DNA from: Octopus sinensis | Taxonomy: Eukaryota | Reading direction: 5' to 3' | NCBI RefSeq assembly: GCF_006345805.1 | Contig: NC_042998.1 | Coordinates: 123,628,001 to 123,692,000 of the forward strand | DNA: 64,000 nt | In this document: piece by piece, positions 14,230 through 26,724 of the stretch | Layout of the letters: each line of letters begins with the position of its first letter | How positions within the stretch are numbered: the first letter of the stretch is position 1 | Made by a program: the position numbers and the translations under genes | Notes under the pieces: generated by a model | The model's database searches: none | Seen by the model: the letters and a program-made list of their open reading frames with translations, nothing else | Told to the model about the DNA's origin: nothing

Positions 14230-16180
14230 CTATATAGTAAATATATCTATCAAATGAATAAATAAACACACACCGAGACAGCAAAAGCAACTCCACAGCA
14301 TCTGAAACATAATTAAGTACCCCAACAATTTATTCCAACAAAAAAAAACCCGCACCATCTACTTCCAACCAATTTACCCAGACAGCAATACCAGTCTCCT
14401 AGCAATCCTAATATAATTAATAAGAATTATAACTCTAATAAATCCTACCAACTAAATTACAGTAAACAATATTTTAGACCAAGTGGAGAGAAACAAAGAC
14501 GCGCGTTAGCACAATACATACAGGAGAAATACAAAGTAACATATTTATCAAAGAAAACTCTCTATGCAACCAAAATTCCTATACTAGCTAAAGGATTAAG
14601 ATTTGCCACAATCCCATGAAGATCTAACCAGAATGAAATTAAAGACAATATTTCGGAATTCTGCAGAGAACTACGACTCACAGAGTACAACAACGAGTAT
14701 GAACCACTAGTTAAAAACAGTAGTAATTATATTTCACCAAAAGCTAAGAATAAAACATTAGATGACTTCTGCGACCATATACAAAATTTCCCAAATACTT
14801 TCCATGAGTGAAAACTTAATAGAAACCTCAACAATCTAGAATCGAAAAAATTTAATTGAACTACAAAGCGACAAACAATTGACAATTAAAGAAGCAGACA
14901 AAGGAAGTGCTGCAGTCCTGATGGATACAGGTTACTACAGAATTCTAGTTTTATCCATGCAAGAAAATGATATCTTCTACGAAAAAATTGTAAACTATAA
15001 ACAAGAAAATCAATGGAAAATCTTCCATCCTTAATACTACTACATGGAAAAGGCCTGATAGAAAAAAAGGCGACTTCACGTTAAGACCCATTATCGCTGG
15101 CCCAGCCTTTGGAACCCACCGCCTAAGCAATTTTCTAGACATCCCACTGAAACCCTTGACGAAATTACATAAAACATTTCATTAGAGATTAAAACACTAA
15201 GGGCAACAAAACGTAACACCACGCCTCATCTCAAAATACTACTGTATACATCAACTTATAATTCTAGAAACAATGAAGCTTACAACATATTGTACAAAAT
15301 TTACCAACGCTCACTAGAAATCCAAAACTAAACTACATTCTGAAAAACATAATTTTATCAAATGCAATATGCAACACAAATCGCAAGAAAAGATTTCTAA
15401 CAAATGCAAAGCTTTACACAACTACGAAACCAGCAGTTAAAAATGTAGGCGGCCAAACTGTGGAAGGCTCGGAATTTCTATTCAAAAAAGGATGGAGGTT
15501 CATAATTAAAACAAACTTCACTTTTGCTTCCGAGAATATAATTTTTGTTAAAGCTTGCTCAGATTGTGGACATAACTACATAGGACAGACACGTATGACA
15601 CTGAGACGGAGAACCACACTACGTAAGGAACAGATCTGGTTCCCGCAAAACAGATTCCTTTGAGTGAACACATAGAGAGATGTGCAGGTAATATCCAACC
15701 AAACTTCACAGTCTTCGCCATCTACTAATGCAAAGAAACAATGTCTAGACAAGAACGTTAAAATAAAGAAAACTTGTTCTTCAAAAACCCCACAACACGT
15801 CTAAAAATGAACGCATAACCAACTTTCATCTCAGCATATATTTTAAGTCATGATCACATACTCATCACTGTACACTTTACTTCTCACTACTTTAGCTTTC
15901 GAGTTTTTTGTGCATATTTATACCATCCGAAAGATGATTAGCTGCCTCTCTTGTCTCCAATATTAGCGATCACCATTTACCTCTCCTTAGCTTCTTCTAC
16001 TTGTTGAATCATTCATTCATAAACTTCTCCACGTACAACATAAACTAAAATCTTAAGGAAATACGAAATTACAATTATTTCAATGTCATGATTAGCGAAA
16101 GCAAAACCGGTCGACAAACATAATATAAAATATACAAAAGAATATATTAAAACTAAGTGTGTGCATTTTCGTTCTCTTCT
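14230..16180 (+). mobile_element. Decayed, internally deleted Neptune-like PLE
   Basis: Remnants ILAKGLRFATIP, FCRELRLTEY, IKEADKGSAAVLMD (PLE DKG motif), LRPIIAGPAFGTHRLSNFLDIPLKP and TNFTFASENIIFVKACSDCGHNYIGQT (GIY-YIG); decayed HHR at 16084-16116. Confidence 0.85.
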
Positions 16181-16312
16181 TATATAAATATATATCACGT
16201 GATCACGTGAACGACCAGACCATCAGATATTGTTTCACATCGCTGGTCACAATGCGTTCGCATTGTTTTAGCCTTCGAATGACGCCAACCCGCTGGCTAA
16301 GCGAGCGGGCCA

Positions 16313-16351
<39 letters not shown>

Positions 16352-16352
<1 letters not shown>

Positions 16353-17221
16353 TTTATTTTAAGCAGCAGAAAATTCAACAAAATCTGTTACTCTGAGTTT
16401 CTCGTTGCCGTTCATCAGACAGTTTTTGCTAGAATGGAACTTATATATTAATTCAATCTATACTCTTACAAACGCTACACCTTTAAAAAGAAATGGACTT
16501 GTTTGATTGGCCCTTTAGAAAAAAAAAACGGTCAATCTTCGAGCGATAAACAAAAAGGTCAAAGATATATGTATATATATATAAAAAACTTATAAAAATT
16601 ATAAAATCCGAGGAGAAAAAAAAACGAGGAAAAAACCTATTGCCGTTAATGAAGACAGTACAAATTAATGCATAGAAATTAAACCTGTTATAAATACTGC
16701 AATACATATTTATATTAAAATCTACATATATATATCAACATACACAAAAGGATGCGCGTAAACGCCATACATACATATACAGACGTATGAATATGAATCT
16801 AAATATACACATAAAAGCATGTGTACATATATTCACGCAAACCGTCTCGCACGCAAGCTAAAATTCATCTATGTAGCAATTCTCATATACTAAGCAAGGA
16901 GGGGGAACGAAAGAAAGGGAAAGAGAGAAAAAGGAACGAAGGAGGGGTGGGGAAAAAACTTGTAACGATGTTATTGGCATCTATAGAGACCAGTATACAT
17001 ACACAAGTTTGAATTGATACATATACATACCGTCGTGTATATGTGTGCTTAAGCACAAGCATACTTTCACTTACACATACACGGATACGCATGCTTACAA
17101 ATACATATGCCTTGCTATACACATACTTATATAAACATTCTAATTTTGACAACATTGCTTTTTTTAAAAAAAAACATTGCTTTTGAAAAATGGGTGCATT
17201 AATAAAAATTTATACGAAAGA
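16352..17221 (-). repeat. Left inverted arm (inverted pLTR)
   Basis: Reverse complement of 18326-19191 apart from a few substitutions and homopolymer/microsatellite slips; mirrored ORFs 16821+/18536- and 16883-/18348+ confirm it. Confidence 0.95.
16379..16428 (-). ncRNA. Hammerhead ribozyme, inverted copy in the left arm
   Basis: Exact reverse complement of 19115-19164. Confidence 0.85.
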
Positions 17222-17283
17222 AATTGAAGATATTCTTCTACCTTCATTGCTGACTAAGTTGCTAAGGATAACTGGTAAGGATA

Positions 17284-18108
17284 ATTTCTTCGGACGAGGC
17301 AGAATTCCATAATGCTGCACCTTATTACGATAGCGCATTAAAGAATAGTGGATTCTCGGAGAAAATCCAGTTCAACCAGCTTAATGCTAATTATAATAAT
17401 GCTGCACGAAGAACTAGGACCAGGAAAGTTTTATGGTTCAACCCGGCTTTCAATTTGGCCGTAAAGACTAATATAGGTAAGGAATTTTTGAGATTAGTCT
17501 CTAAGCATTTTAAGCAGGGCCATAAATTCTACAGAATATTTAATAGAAGAACCCTGAAGGTTAGCTATTCTTGTTGCAGAAATTTCGCCTCTTACATTAG
17601 CCAACATAATAGGAAGCTAATTGAGATTAGACATGGTGCCGAGCCCATTAAGAAATGTAATTTCAAAAACGAAAGCTCCTGTCCGTTAGAAGGGAAATGT
17701 CTAGTGAAAGGAGTAGTTTATAGAGCCAAGGTGCAAGTGGAAGGCTCATCGGAATACAAGACATACACAGGGGCTTCAGAAAATTCATTTAAAACAAGAT
17801 TTTATTCTCATAAGAATTATTTTAAATACCCAGAGAATAGGAAGAAAACCAGCCTAGCAAAATATATCTGGGAACTAAAAGAAAAGAAAGCCCCACCTTT
17901 CAACGTGACATGGAGCATTCTGGACAGGGCGGCACCATACAGGCATGGAGCTTACAAATATAATTTCAAGTGCGAACTTTGCCTATTAGAAAAAATGCAC
18001 ATCTTATTCAAAGACAATAATTCTTTGAATCAAAGAAGTGAGTTAATGAACTTATGTAGGCACGCGGCTAAATTTAAAATGTCGAATATAAATATACCAT
18101 ATGGATAG
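17284..18108 (+). CDS. C-terminal part of a Naiad-like PLE polyprotein (RT thumb end, linker, GIY-YIG endonuclease); 5'-truncated
   Basis: Open frame ISSDEAEFHNAAPYYDSALKNSGF...RKVLWFNPAF..VKTNIGKEFL...KVSYSC..N...CPLEGKC...VVYRAKV...YTG....FKTRFYSH...TSLAKYIWELK...CELCLLEK...LNQRSEL...CRH. These motifs, without CxxC inside GIY-YIG, fit the Naiad clade. The ORF-track TTG start at 17455 is not the true start. Confidence 0.85.
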   Translation: MSSDEAEFHNAAPYYDSALKNSGFSEKIQFNQLNANYNNAARRTRTRKVLWFNPAFNLAVKTNIGKEFLRLVSKHFKQGHKFYRIFNRRTLKVSYSCCRNFASYISQHNRKLIEIRHGAEPIKKCNFKNESSCPLEGKCLVKGVVYRAKVQVEGSSEYKTYTGASENSFKTRFYSHKNYFKYPENRKKTSLAKYIWELKEKKAPPFNVTWSILDRAAPYRHGAYKYNFKCELCLLEKMHILFKDNNSLNQRSELMNLCRHAAKFKMSNINIPYG

Positions 18109-18325
18109 AGTATATAGTTTGTATTTTTGATTTTTGGTTTTGATTTTGACTCTTGAGCGCTACGACGGATTTATAGCAAAGTCTTATGTTTCTACATATA
18201 TATTAGGAAAAACCTACAAACTTTGTTTTCATGTTATTGTATTGCATAGGATTACCTTGATTATTTATATTACCTAGATTATTTATAAATGACCCAAAAT
18301 AAGATGTTATATTTTATTTTATATG

Positions 18326-19191
18326 TCTTTCGTATATATTTTTATTAATGCACCCATTTTTTAAAAGCAATGTTTTTTTTTTAAAAAAAGCAATGTTGTC
18401 AAAATTAGAATGTTTATATAAGTATGTGTATAGCAAGGCATATGTATTTGTAAGCATGCGTATCTGTGTATGTGTAAGTGAAAGTATGCTTGTGCTTAAG
18501 CACACATATACACGACGGTATGTATATGTATCAATTCAAACTTGTGTATGTATACTGGTCTCTATAGATGCCAATAACATCGTTACAAGTTTTTTCCCCA
18601 CCCCTCCTTCGTTCCTTTTTCTCTCTTTCCCTTTCTTTCGTTCCCCCTCCTTGCTTAGTATATGAGAATTGCTACATAGATGAATTTTAGCTTGCGTGCG
18701 AGACGGTTTGCGTGAATATATGTACACATGCTTTTATGTGTATATTTAGATTCATATTCATACGTCTGTATATGTATGGCGTTTACGCGCATCCTTTTGT
18801 GTATGTTGATATATATATGTAGATTTTAATATAAATATGTATTGCAGTATTTATAACAGGTTTAATTTCTATGCATTAATTTGTACTGTCTTCATTAACG
18901 GCAATAGGTTTTTTCCTCGGTTTTTTTTTTTCCTCGGATTTTATAATTTTTATAAGTTTTTATATATATATACATATATTTTTGACCTTTTTGTTTATCG
19001 CTCGAAGATTGACCGTTTTTTTTTCTAAAGGGCCAATCAAACAAGTCCATTTCTTTTTAAAGGTGTAGCGTTTGTAAGAGTATAGATTGAATTAATATAT
19101 AAGTTCCATTCTAGCAAAAACTGTCTGATGAACGGCAACGAGAAACTCAGAGTAACAGATTTTGTTGAATTTTCTGCTGCTTAAAATAAAG
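18326..19191 (+). repeat. Right arm (3' pLTR)
   Basis: Partner of 16352-17221. Confidence 0.95.
19115..19164 (+). ncRNA. Minimal type I hammerhead ribozyme in the PLE pLTR
   Basis: caaaaaCTGT-CTGATGA-aCGgcaaCGa-GAAA-CTCaGAG-TA-ACAGattttg: intact CUGAUGA/GAAA core, GUA cleavage triplet (19152-19154), stem I CTGT/ACAG, stem III with a 1-nt loop. The first stem II pair is an A-A mismatch. Confidence 0.85.
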
Positions 19192-19260
19192 CATATTACT
19201 CTACCACTGGTATTTGAGTACTCTTTTTTCCACCTTGTTTCACATTTATGTGTTTAATCC

Positions 19261-19331
<71 letters not shown>

Positions 19332-19346
19332 TACATACATACATAC

Positions 19347-19378
<32 letters not shown>

Positions 19379-19419
19379 TGTACGCAATATATATAAGTAT
19401 ATGTAAATGCTCGTTTATA

Positions 19420-21500
19420 TTCTGTTGATATGTAGAAAAGCAACTAGATTTATTACTTTTGAAGAATAAAGCAAAGAGAAGGCTTAAACAATGTTAGAAA
19501 TGCATGAAAGCGACAGAAACTTAGTGATTTTGAATTTTCTTGACTATACTTCAGACTTCACATTTTAATCAACAGAGATAAAACAAACAAAATCCAATTC
19601 AGTCAGACAAACTTGGGCTCATTTACAGGATTCAAAATTATGCAGTAACATATTTACAAAAGTAGCCTATAGGGTAGGTGCTGATGATTTTACGGACATA
19701 AAATACTAAGACATAAAACTGCACAAATAATATGAAGAATCCAGAAGCTACAAACATACGAATGTTTGGAAAGAACTGATTGGGTGCTTTACTATACGAG
19801 ATAATGCTGAAAATTTCTGGCTTTGGGTAAAATAATAATATACAGGATTTTATACAACATTTCCCCTCTCAGATTCACACATTTATAGCAGTGATCCTTC
19901 AGGTTTTCTAAGCCCTGTAAGAGATCTCGCAAGTTTGGGTTTCCAATCCGACCTTTCGCGATACCCTAACAGTACTTTCCGCTGAGGAACTTTTCAGGAC
20001 CACACCTCGTACTCATATTGATTTGATGTAACCAATAAAGAAGTAGATTACCACATCGTTTTAAATACAAAACAAGAAATATCTACAAATTTCAGTAAAA
20101 TATACATTGTAACTGGTCTGATAATGTACAAGACACATCGCTTCGGTAATTTATCTATATTCCTTGCTGAAACCTTTCGTGAAAAAATATATATATCAAA
20201 GCTTTATAAGAGACAATTCCAATATGCTTAACCTTTTACTAAAATAGACAAAAATACCTCCGTTGTTTCATTTGATGTATTAAACAAAATTACGCAATTG
20301 AAATTATCAACTACTGTTTCGAATCATTTATTCATGATCTACCAAACTGCATCAATAAGGACTTTATTACTGATGGGTTTCGCTTTACTTCAGAAAATAC
20401 ATATTTCATATTCAATCAAACAACTTGTCGGCAGATAGCAGGCACAGTTGCAGAAAACAAAGTTGTATTGATTTACGCTAATCTACTTTGGGGATATGAT
20501 GAAGTTAAAATCTATGAACAAACCTCACAAGTATTTGCGAATAATTGCAGTATTTACTTGAAAAGGAACTGGATAAGTTTTCTGAAGGATTGAATCACTT
20601 CATGGAGGAAAATTCTTGATCAACTAAACGACTTTTAAAATACGATGAACAATATAAAGCTTCTCATCTAATTTACTAAGGATTACATGAACAACAACCT
20701 CGCTTTCTTCGGTATATAGTGACTAGAATAATTTAAAATTTAGAACCTTGTACATAATCTATATAAAAAAGTTAGCTGCTCACGTGCACATTTACTTCTC
20801 AAAAATATGATTTTACATTTGATATATATGAGACAAAAAACTTTGTACTATAGATTCGAATCTTCCCACAACAAGTTATAGACTACAATAAATATACCAT
20901 TTGATAGTGAAATTCATAGAGTAAGGCAAATCTACAAAGAAATAAGCAAACTAGCAAAAATGAGAGCTCTTATGTCATATGTTTTGACGGCTTATAACCC
21001 AATGGACGCTGGGATTTCGAGACGAATTCATCAAAACTTAACTAGATGAACAAAATATGAAAATAAATATGACAATACAATCTAGGTATTAAAAGTAAGA
21101 GGCAAAGACTTTAAAAAGTACGAAAGTGATCAAAGCAAAATTTACAGGCAAAATCCATGGATCTAAGAGTCAGTAAATGTTGTCAACCAACAGACAGAAT
21201 ATGCTATTTATTTTAAAAACGAGTCACCTTTCATTTCAAGGAAGGATTTGTTTTGTTTCAAAGTTAACGGTAACTTATGGTAACAAGTATGGATTGCATG
21301 AAACATAGCTGCTAAACAACTCTATTCTGTAGAAAAATGCCATTACACTGAAAACAAATTAGAATATTAAAACTCTCGTTTGTCAACTTACGGATACCTG
21401 GGACAAATGTATTTTCTTGTTTTAAAGATTTTGCGTGTCACCAAGGAAATAGCACTGGATAAACAAGGAAAAGTTGTTTATACATAAATATATACCAATA
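19420..21500 (+). mobile_element. Heavily decayed Neptune-like PLE (RT region)
   Basis: Remnants VVSFDV (~20262-20280), QIAGTVAENKVVLIYANLLWGYDE (cf. QISGTAIGTRLAPTFANLAIAYLE in the 37568 element) and KRNWISFLKD (cf. NWKRYLDD). Boundaries are approximate. Confidence 0.6.
19795..20011. mobile_element. Mariner-type MITE nested in the decayed PLE
   Basis: Ends TACGAG..TGCTGAAAATTTC and GAACTTTTCAGGACCACACCTCGTA form imperfect TIRs with TA termini. Confidence 0.7.
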
Positions 21501-22263
21501 TTATAATTATTACGTTTTAGTTTTCTGGCGTTTATGTATCTTGATATGAATATATTACATTCGTTGACAAGGCCTTATTTCATTATTTCTCATTAATGTG
21601 CTTACATTGTCATAACGTAGGTATATTTCGTTTTATATAGTAAGGTATTCAAATATATGGTGGGGAAAACATTCAATGATATCGTATTTTGGTATGAAGT
21701 AACATTTAGTGTACTTTAGTTGGGAAACATATATGACTATTTTATTATACGTAGTATATTGAACTTATACAAAGACGCTTAATGATATTTTAATTTGAAA
21801 TATAGGTTAAACCATTATGGAAAATATCGATAAATATTTTTGATCTACGTTGTAAAATAAATTGATGCCGACGATTTTGAGATCGCCGTTAGGAAGCTGC
21901 GTATGATTCAATCTTGAAGGTGTGGTACTTATACAAGTGCCGCTGAGTGTTGTTGGGTAGCTGCTCTGAAGCACGGCGGTGATGCAGTGCAGCCCTGGTT
22001 CAGATTTACAGCACTGAATAATTTCCCATTTATATTGGACTATCAGCAGGCTTCAGGCTAAGTCCCTTTCAAGTCATGTGTGTAGTTTCGTCGGAATTCT
22101 TTGCTATAGGTGCAGTAGTATTGTAGAGAATTCCGTTGATAGCGGAACGATAAGAAACCAGCAACGACAGAGAGGTTGGCAATACTAAACTGACGCTAAA
22201 CTGAGAAAGCTAAGACAATACATCCTTTTAAACAAAAACAAATGTATCTATCACTCTCTCTCT

Positions 22264-22317
<54 letters not shown>

Positions 22318-22354
22318 CATACATACACTCACACAACATATATATATATATAAT

Positions 22355-22408
<54 letters not shown>

Positions 22409-22435
22409 TATATTTATATACATACATACACTGAC

Positions 22436-22475
<40 letters not shown>

Positions 22476-22732
22476 ATATTCATCTAAAGAGGAAGAAAAT
22501 GGAGACTGGTAAATTAATAATTGTTTATTATTAACAGCAAATACGTCATCTTCATTTACAGCCGTTTTTATCAATACTCAATAAACATTAGATTCTAGCA
22601 GACTCTGCAAAAATGAATTCACAAACACACATATACCATTCAAAGTTACATCTTTTTTCCCCTGACGATATTATGCTCATGTCGCATAAATGTAAATTCA
22701 ATGTTTATTGAGTATTATACATACATATATAT

Positions 22733-22828
<96 letters not shown>

Positions 22829-24969
22829 GCTAAAGCAATAGATGGAGAATGCATTAACCCATGTAATCAGGAAACTTTTTGCAACTGCAGATATAAGTAT
22901 GAAGGGAGAAACCATTATATATTGAGTGTGCAGTGATTTTGCTTATTTTAATCCCTATACTTACCTGATCGAATCAATATAGAATAGTATGCAAGTTTTG
23001 CGAGTGAGGCCCTACATTTATCAGATTCCTATATTTGGATTCCTAATTATGGATTTTTATTTTCAGTAAAGATTATTTTACCTGTAACGTTGCAATTTCT
23101 ACAGTCATTGCTGCATTATTTTATTATCGTACTATCGATAATTACCATTAGATCCACCAAATATATTTGCACTGTTACATAATTATCATTATTCATACAT
23201 TAATTAAATTCTCTATAATCTTTTCGTTGTGTTGATTTATATTTTTGTAACATGAATACATTTCCATTAATACTATTCTAAACGATTCGATCTAAATAAC
23301 ACACCTAGAATAATTGAATTAATTAATAGAATAAAACACCATAAAGAGAAATTAATACACCTGCAATTCTTCTATAAATACTAAGCATTCATGTGTTAAA
23401 TATATTTAGTGATCTATTTCAAAAGAAATCATTTTAATTTGTAAACAATCATTAAAGGATTGACTTGCCCTAAGGCTGCGAATATTTCTGCAAATTGATT
23501 TCGTTTATACACACAAAAATACTTACATAAATTTTCACACATAAATACACATATTTACTCGTCCACAAATATATGCGAACCGTTCAGATACAACAGATTT
23601 ACACCTCACGATCACACAAAACACGTTCATTACAACGTGTTTTCGGCATAGAGCAATTTCCAATAAGCGTACTCGATATTGTGTAATTATTGATTATTTT
23701 TTAAATAATTATTATTGATCATCGGTACAATATATCTTGCTATAAAGGTTGAGATATTTGAGTGTATATTCACAGCAAAAGCGTGTAGGTGATTTGGGCC
23801 AGTGAATTTTCGCTTGGTAATCTGACGACTTTTCAGCTCAATTGACAACAATCACGAAAACATGATACAAGGTATTGCAGGATTAATGCAAAACTTTGAA
23901 TATCTTAAAGATCTTATACGACAGCTCAATGTCAGACATTTTCACACGTAATTATAGTTGATGAAACCAACCAATTTCATGTTTCATATTTATTTTATCG
24001 AATTTGTGTGTATGAAAGAAAAAATCAAATCCGACATGTTTCAACTCAGAATACAGAGACGAACTGTCATTACTGCATTTATTCAATACTCAAAAAAATT
24101 TATATGAGTTCTTTGATTTTATGGAAAACTTGTGTGAAATTGTAATTTGAAGATAATTTTTGATAGAAACATCACCATCAATAAAGTTGGGGAATATACG
24201 AGCTAGCTTCGACAATGACGTTATTTAACTATTTCAAGAAAGATCTATTTCGATGCTATTGATATATTCAATAAGTCCATCGGTAGGGTGTATGAATTTT
24301 CTCATGACTTATGATGATGAAACCCATTCAAATGCAAACTAGATTCCAGATAAGCAATCTTGACAGCAAGGTGATTTCGTTTTCGGAGCTGGTTGCCCAA
24401 CAGTGGAAATATTATACCAACAAATATAATGAAGAAATTGACAAAAACGTAACCGAGATGATGAGTTTTCGCATACATCATCTCTCAGCAAAGTTATGCC
24501 CGGATAGCAACCACTAGTTTATACAAAATATAAAATCTATCTGAACCCACTCTTCTACTTGCATGTTTCTAAATATTCTCCGTTTCAATCGAGTAGCATA
24601 TCTTGTTTTGGTTTTGATACCTGTTCAAATAATTCCAATCACTCCAAACATAACTTTTATCAATTAAGTTGGAATTATACAATAACAACAAAAACAATAA
24701 TCATAGTATTCAATACGCCACATGTATTCAGAAGAGCTGTGAATTGTATTTCTTTTTTCTTTTTTATTTTATTTGATTACATTTTAATTTTTATTTATTC
24801 CTTTTTCTCTCTGTTTCTCCCCATTTTCTCTGTCACATGATTTTGTAAATGAACAATCTGATGTGTTTATTATAACGGCCTAACAATATATACAGTACGT
24901 TTCTCTGCCCTAGGTGTCACGAAGACATTCAGCAAGAAATGGAAAGAGAATTGAAAGAAGATGCTAATG

Positions 24970-24984
24970 AAAATAATAATAATT

Positions 24985-25038
<54 letters not shown>

Positions 25039-25040
25039 TA
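24970..25040. repeat. (AAT)n microsatellite
   Basis: Directly visible. Confidence 0.95.
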
Positions 25041-26008
25041 TTTTTTCATTGTCACTCATATGAGGTATCGATTATCAGGTTGCGAAATTACCAGTGTTTT
25101 TATTGTAACACCATCAATAGATGCATCATTAATCAGGACGTGGAGGGACTCCCCCCGTTTCCTTGCATTATTATTATTATCATCACTGATATCACTGGTA
25201 TTATTGCTTTTAATTATCACTATTTTTCATTGTTATATTAACAGACTCAGAGGTTCCAGAGGCCTATGCAGGGCAGGGGTGGCACCAATTTCCAGCGATG
25301 TTCACATGGATAGCCGCATAGAAAATTATACTATTTGGTCTGGCCTTCTTCTAGAGAGTCCATTGCTCACTTGTAATCTTCTTCGGTGAACAGGCTCTTC
25401 TTCAGTCTTTTATTGATGTTATCAATTACTGCCTTTATTGTTGTAATTGTTGTATCTATGTGTTGTAGGAGCAGTGGTGGCAGGAACGGCAACAATTGTA
25501 GGAGTGGGAGTAGTGGTAGTAGTATTGGTAGGTGAGCCTCAATTTCCAGTGCTATCAGAGTAGAAGTAGTTGTAGTATTAGCGACTGCACCACATTATTT
25601 TAATTTTTATCATTATCACCATCACCAACACTAATGTTGTTATTATCATTATTACTATTTCCATTTATTATTAAATGATCTTATTACATGTTCTTTATTT
25701 TCAACTTTTGGCTTAACCATAAATATGTGGTTGTTGGGGGAAATAGTTGGGGAAAAGTAGGAGCTTGTTGAAAGATCAAATCTACAGGTCTATAAATAAA
25801 TTCGGCAGATGGTGGGGAAGTCAGCTATAGAGATAAAAGTATCGTCACACCCTTTGGGTCAGCAGAGGTCAAATTTGTTTACTACTACCAGTGGCAATGA
25901 GAGGGCTGCACTTGCACTTGAAACGAAAAAACTCAACTTGTTCTATTTCTAATTACTGGTAGAATACATACATACAGTCATACATACATGCATACATGCA
26001 TGCATGCA

Positions 26009-26123
<115 letters not shown>

Positions 26124-26134
26124 ATATAGAATAT

Positions 26135-26712
26135 ACAACACAGCAGAGAGTGATAAGTGCAGAATCTGTGGACAAAACTGTGAAACCGTATGGCATATTA
26201 CCAGCCAATGTACGCCACTAGCCCAGAATGAATATAAGAGACACTACGACAATATAGCCAGGCTTGTCCATTGAACACTCTGCAACAAGTATGGACTTGA
26301 CAGAGCAAAAAATTGCTACGACCATAAACCTGAAGGCATCGTCGAAAATAGAAATGCAAAGATCCTATGGGATTTTATGATCCAGTGCGACCATCAGACA
26401 GAGAATAGGAAGCCGGACATAGTCTTATTTGAGAAAGAAAACAATCTCTGCTGGATCATAGATATAACATGCCCAGCTGACAACTATAAGGAAGAAAGAA
26501 AGGTTGAGGGATATGACAGGTTAGCTTGGGAATTTAAGCAGTTTTGGCCGATGAAACAGGTAGAAGTAGTACCAATAATTGTCGGAAACTTAGCAACAGT
26601 GAGCAAAAATCTCGAGAAGTACGTGGAACAAATAGGTGCTGCAATAAATGTAGAGCACTTGCAGAAAAATGCTTGGAACCGCTCGAATACTCCTGAAGGT
26701 GCTCGAAAAATA
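26135..26712 (+). mobile_element. R4/Dong-like non-LTR retrotransposon 3' fragment (CCHC knuckle plus restriction-like endonuclease)
   Basis: [19 protein letters not shown] (CCHC), [40 protein letters not shown]; stops and frameshifts present. Confidence 0.88.
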
Positions 26713-26724
26713 AGACAGTTATTA

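Larger units (their letters stand above)
16352..19262 (+). mobile_element. Young 5'-truncated Naiad-like PLE with inverted pseudo-LTR, inserted in (TA)n
   Basis: Inverted arms 16352-17221 and 18326-19191 flank an uninterrupted GIY-YIG reading frame. A ~70-nt tail (19192-19262) lies beyond the right arm only. (TA)n on both sides. Confidence 0.9.

Noticed and set aside
17284-18325. Selenocysteine recoding, reported for some Naiad elements
   Set aside because: No in-frame TGA in the preserved ORF and no convincing SECIS seen. The missing N-terminal part cannot be judged.
21860-22200. GC-richer island possibly from an LTR gag
   Set aside because: Only a vague YH motif; no supportable assignment.
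23860-24520. Possible decayed transposase or recombinase coding region
   Set aside because: No diagnostic catalytic motif could be read.
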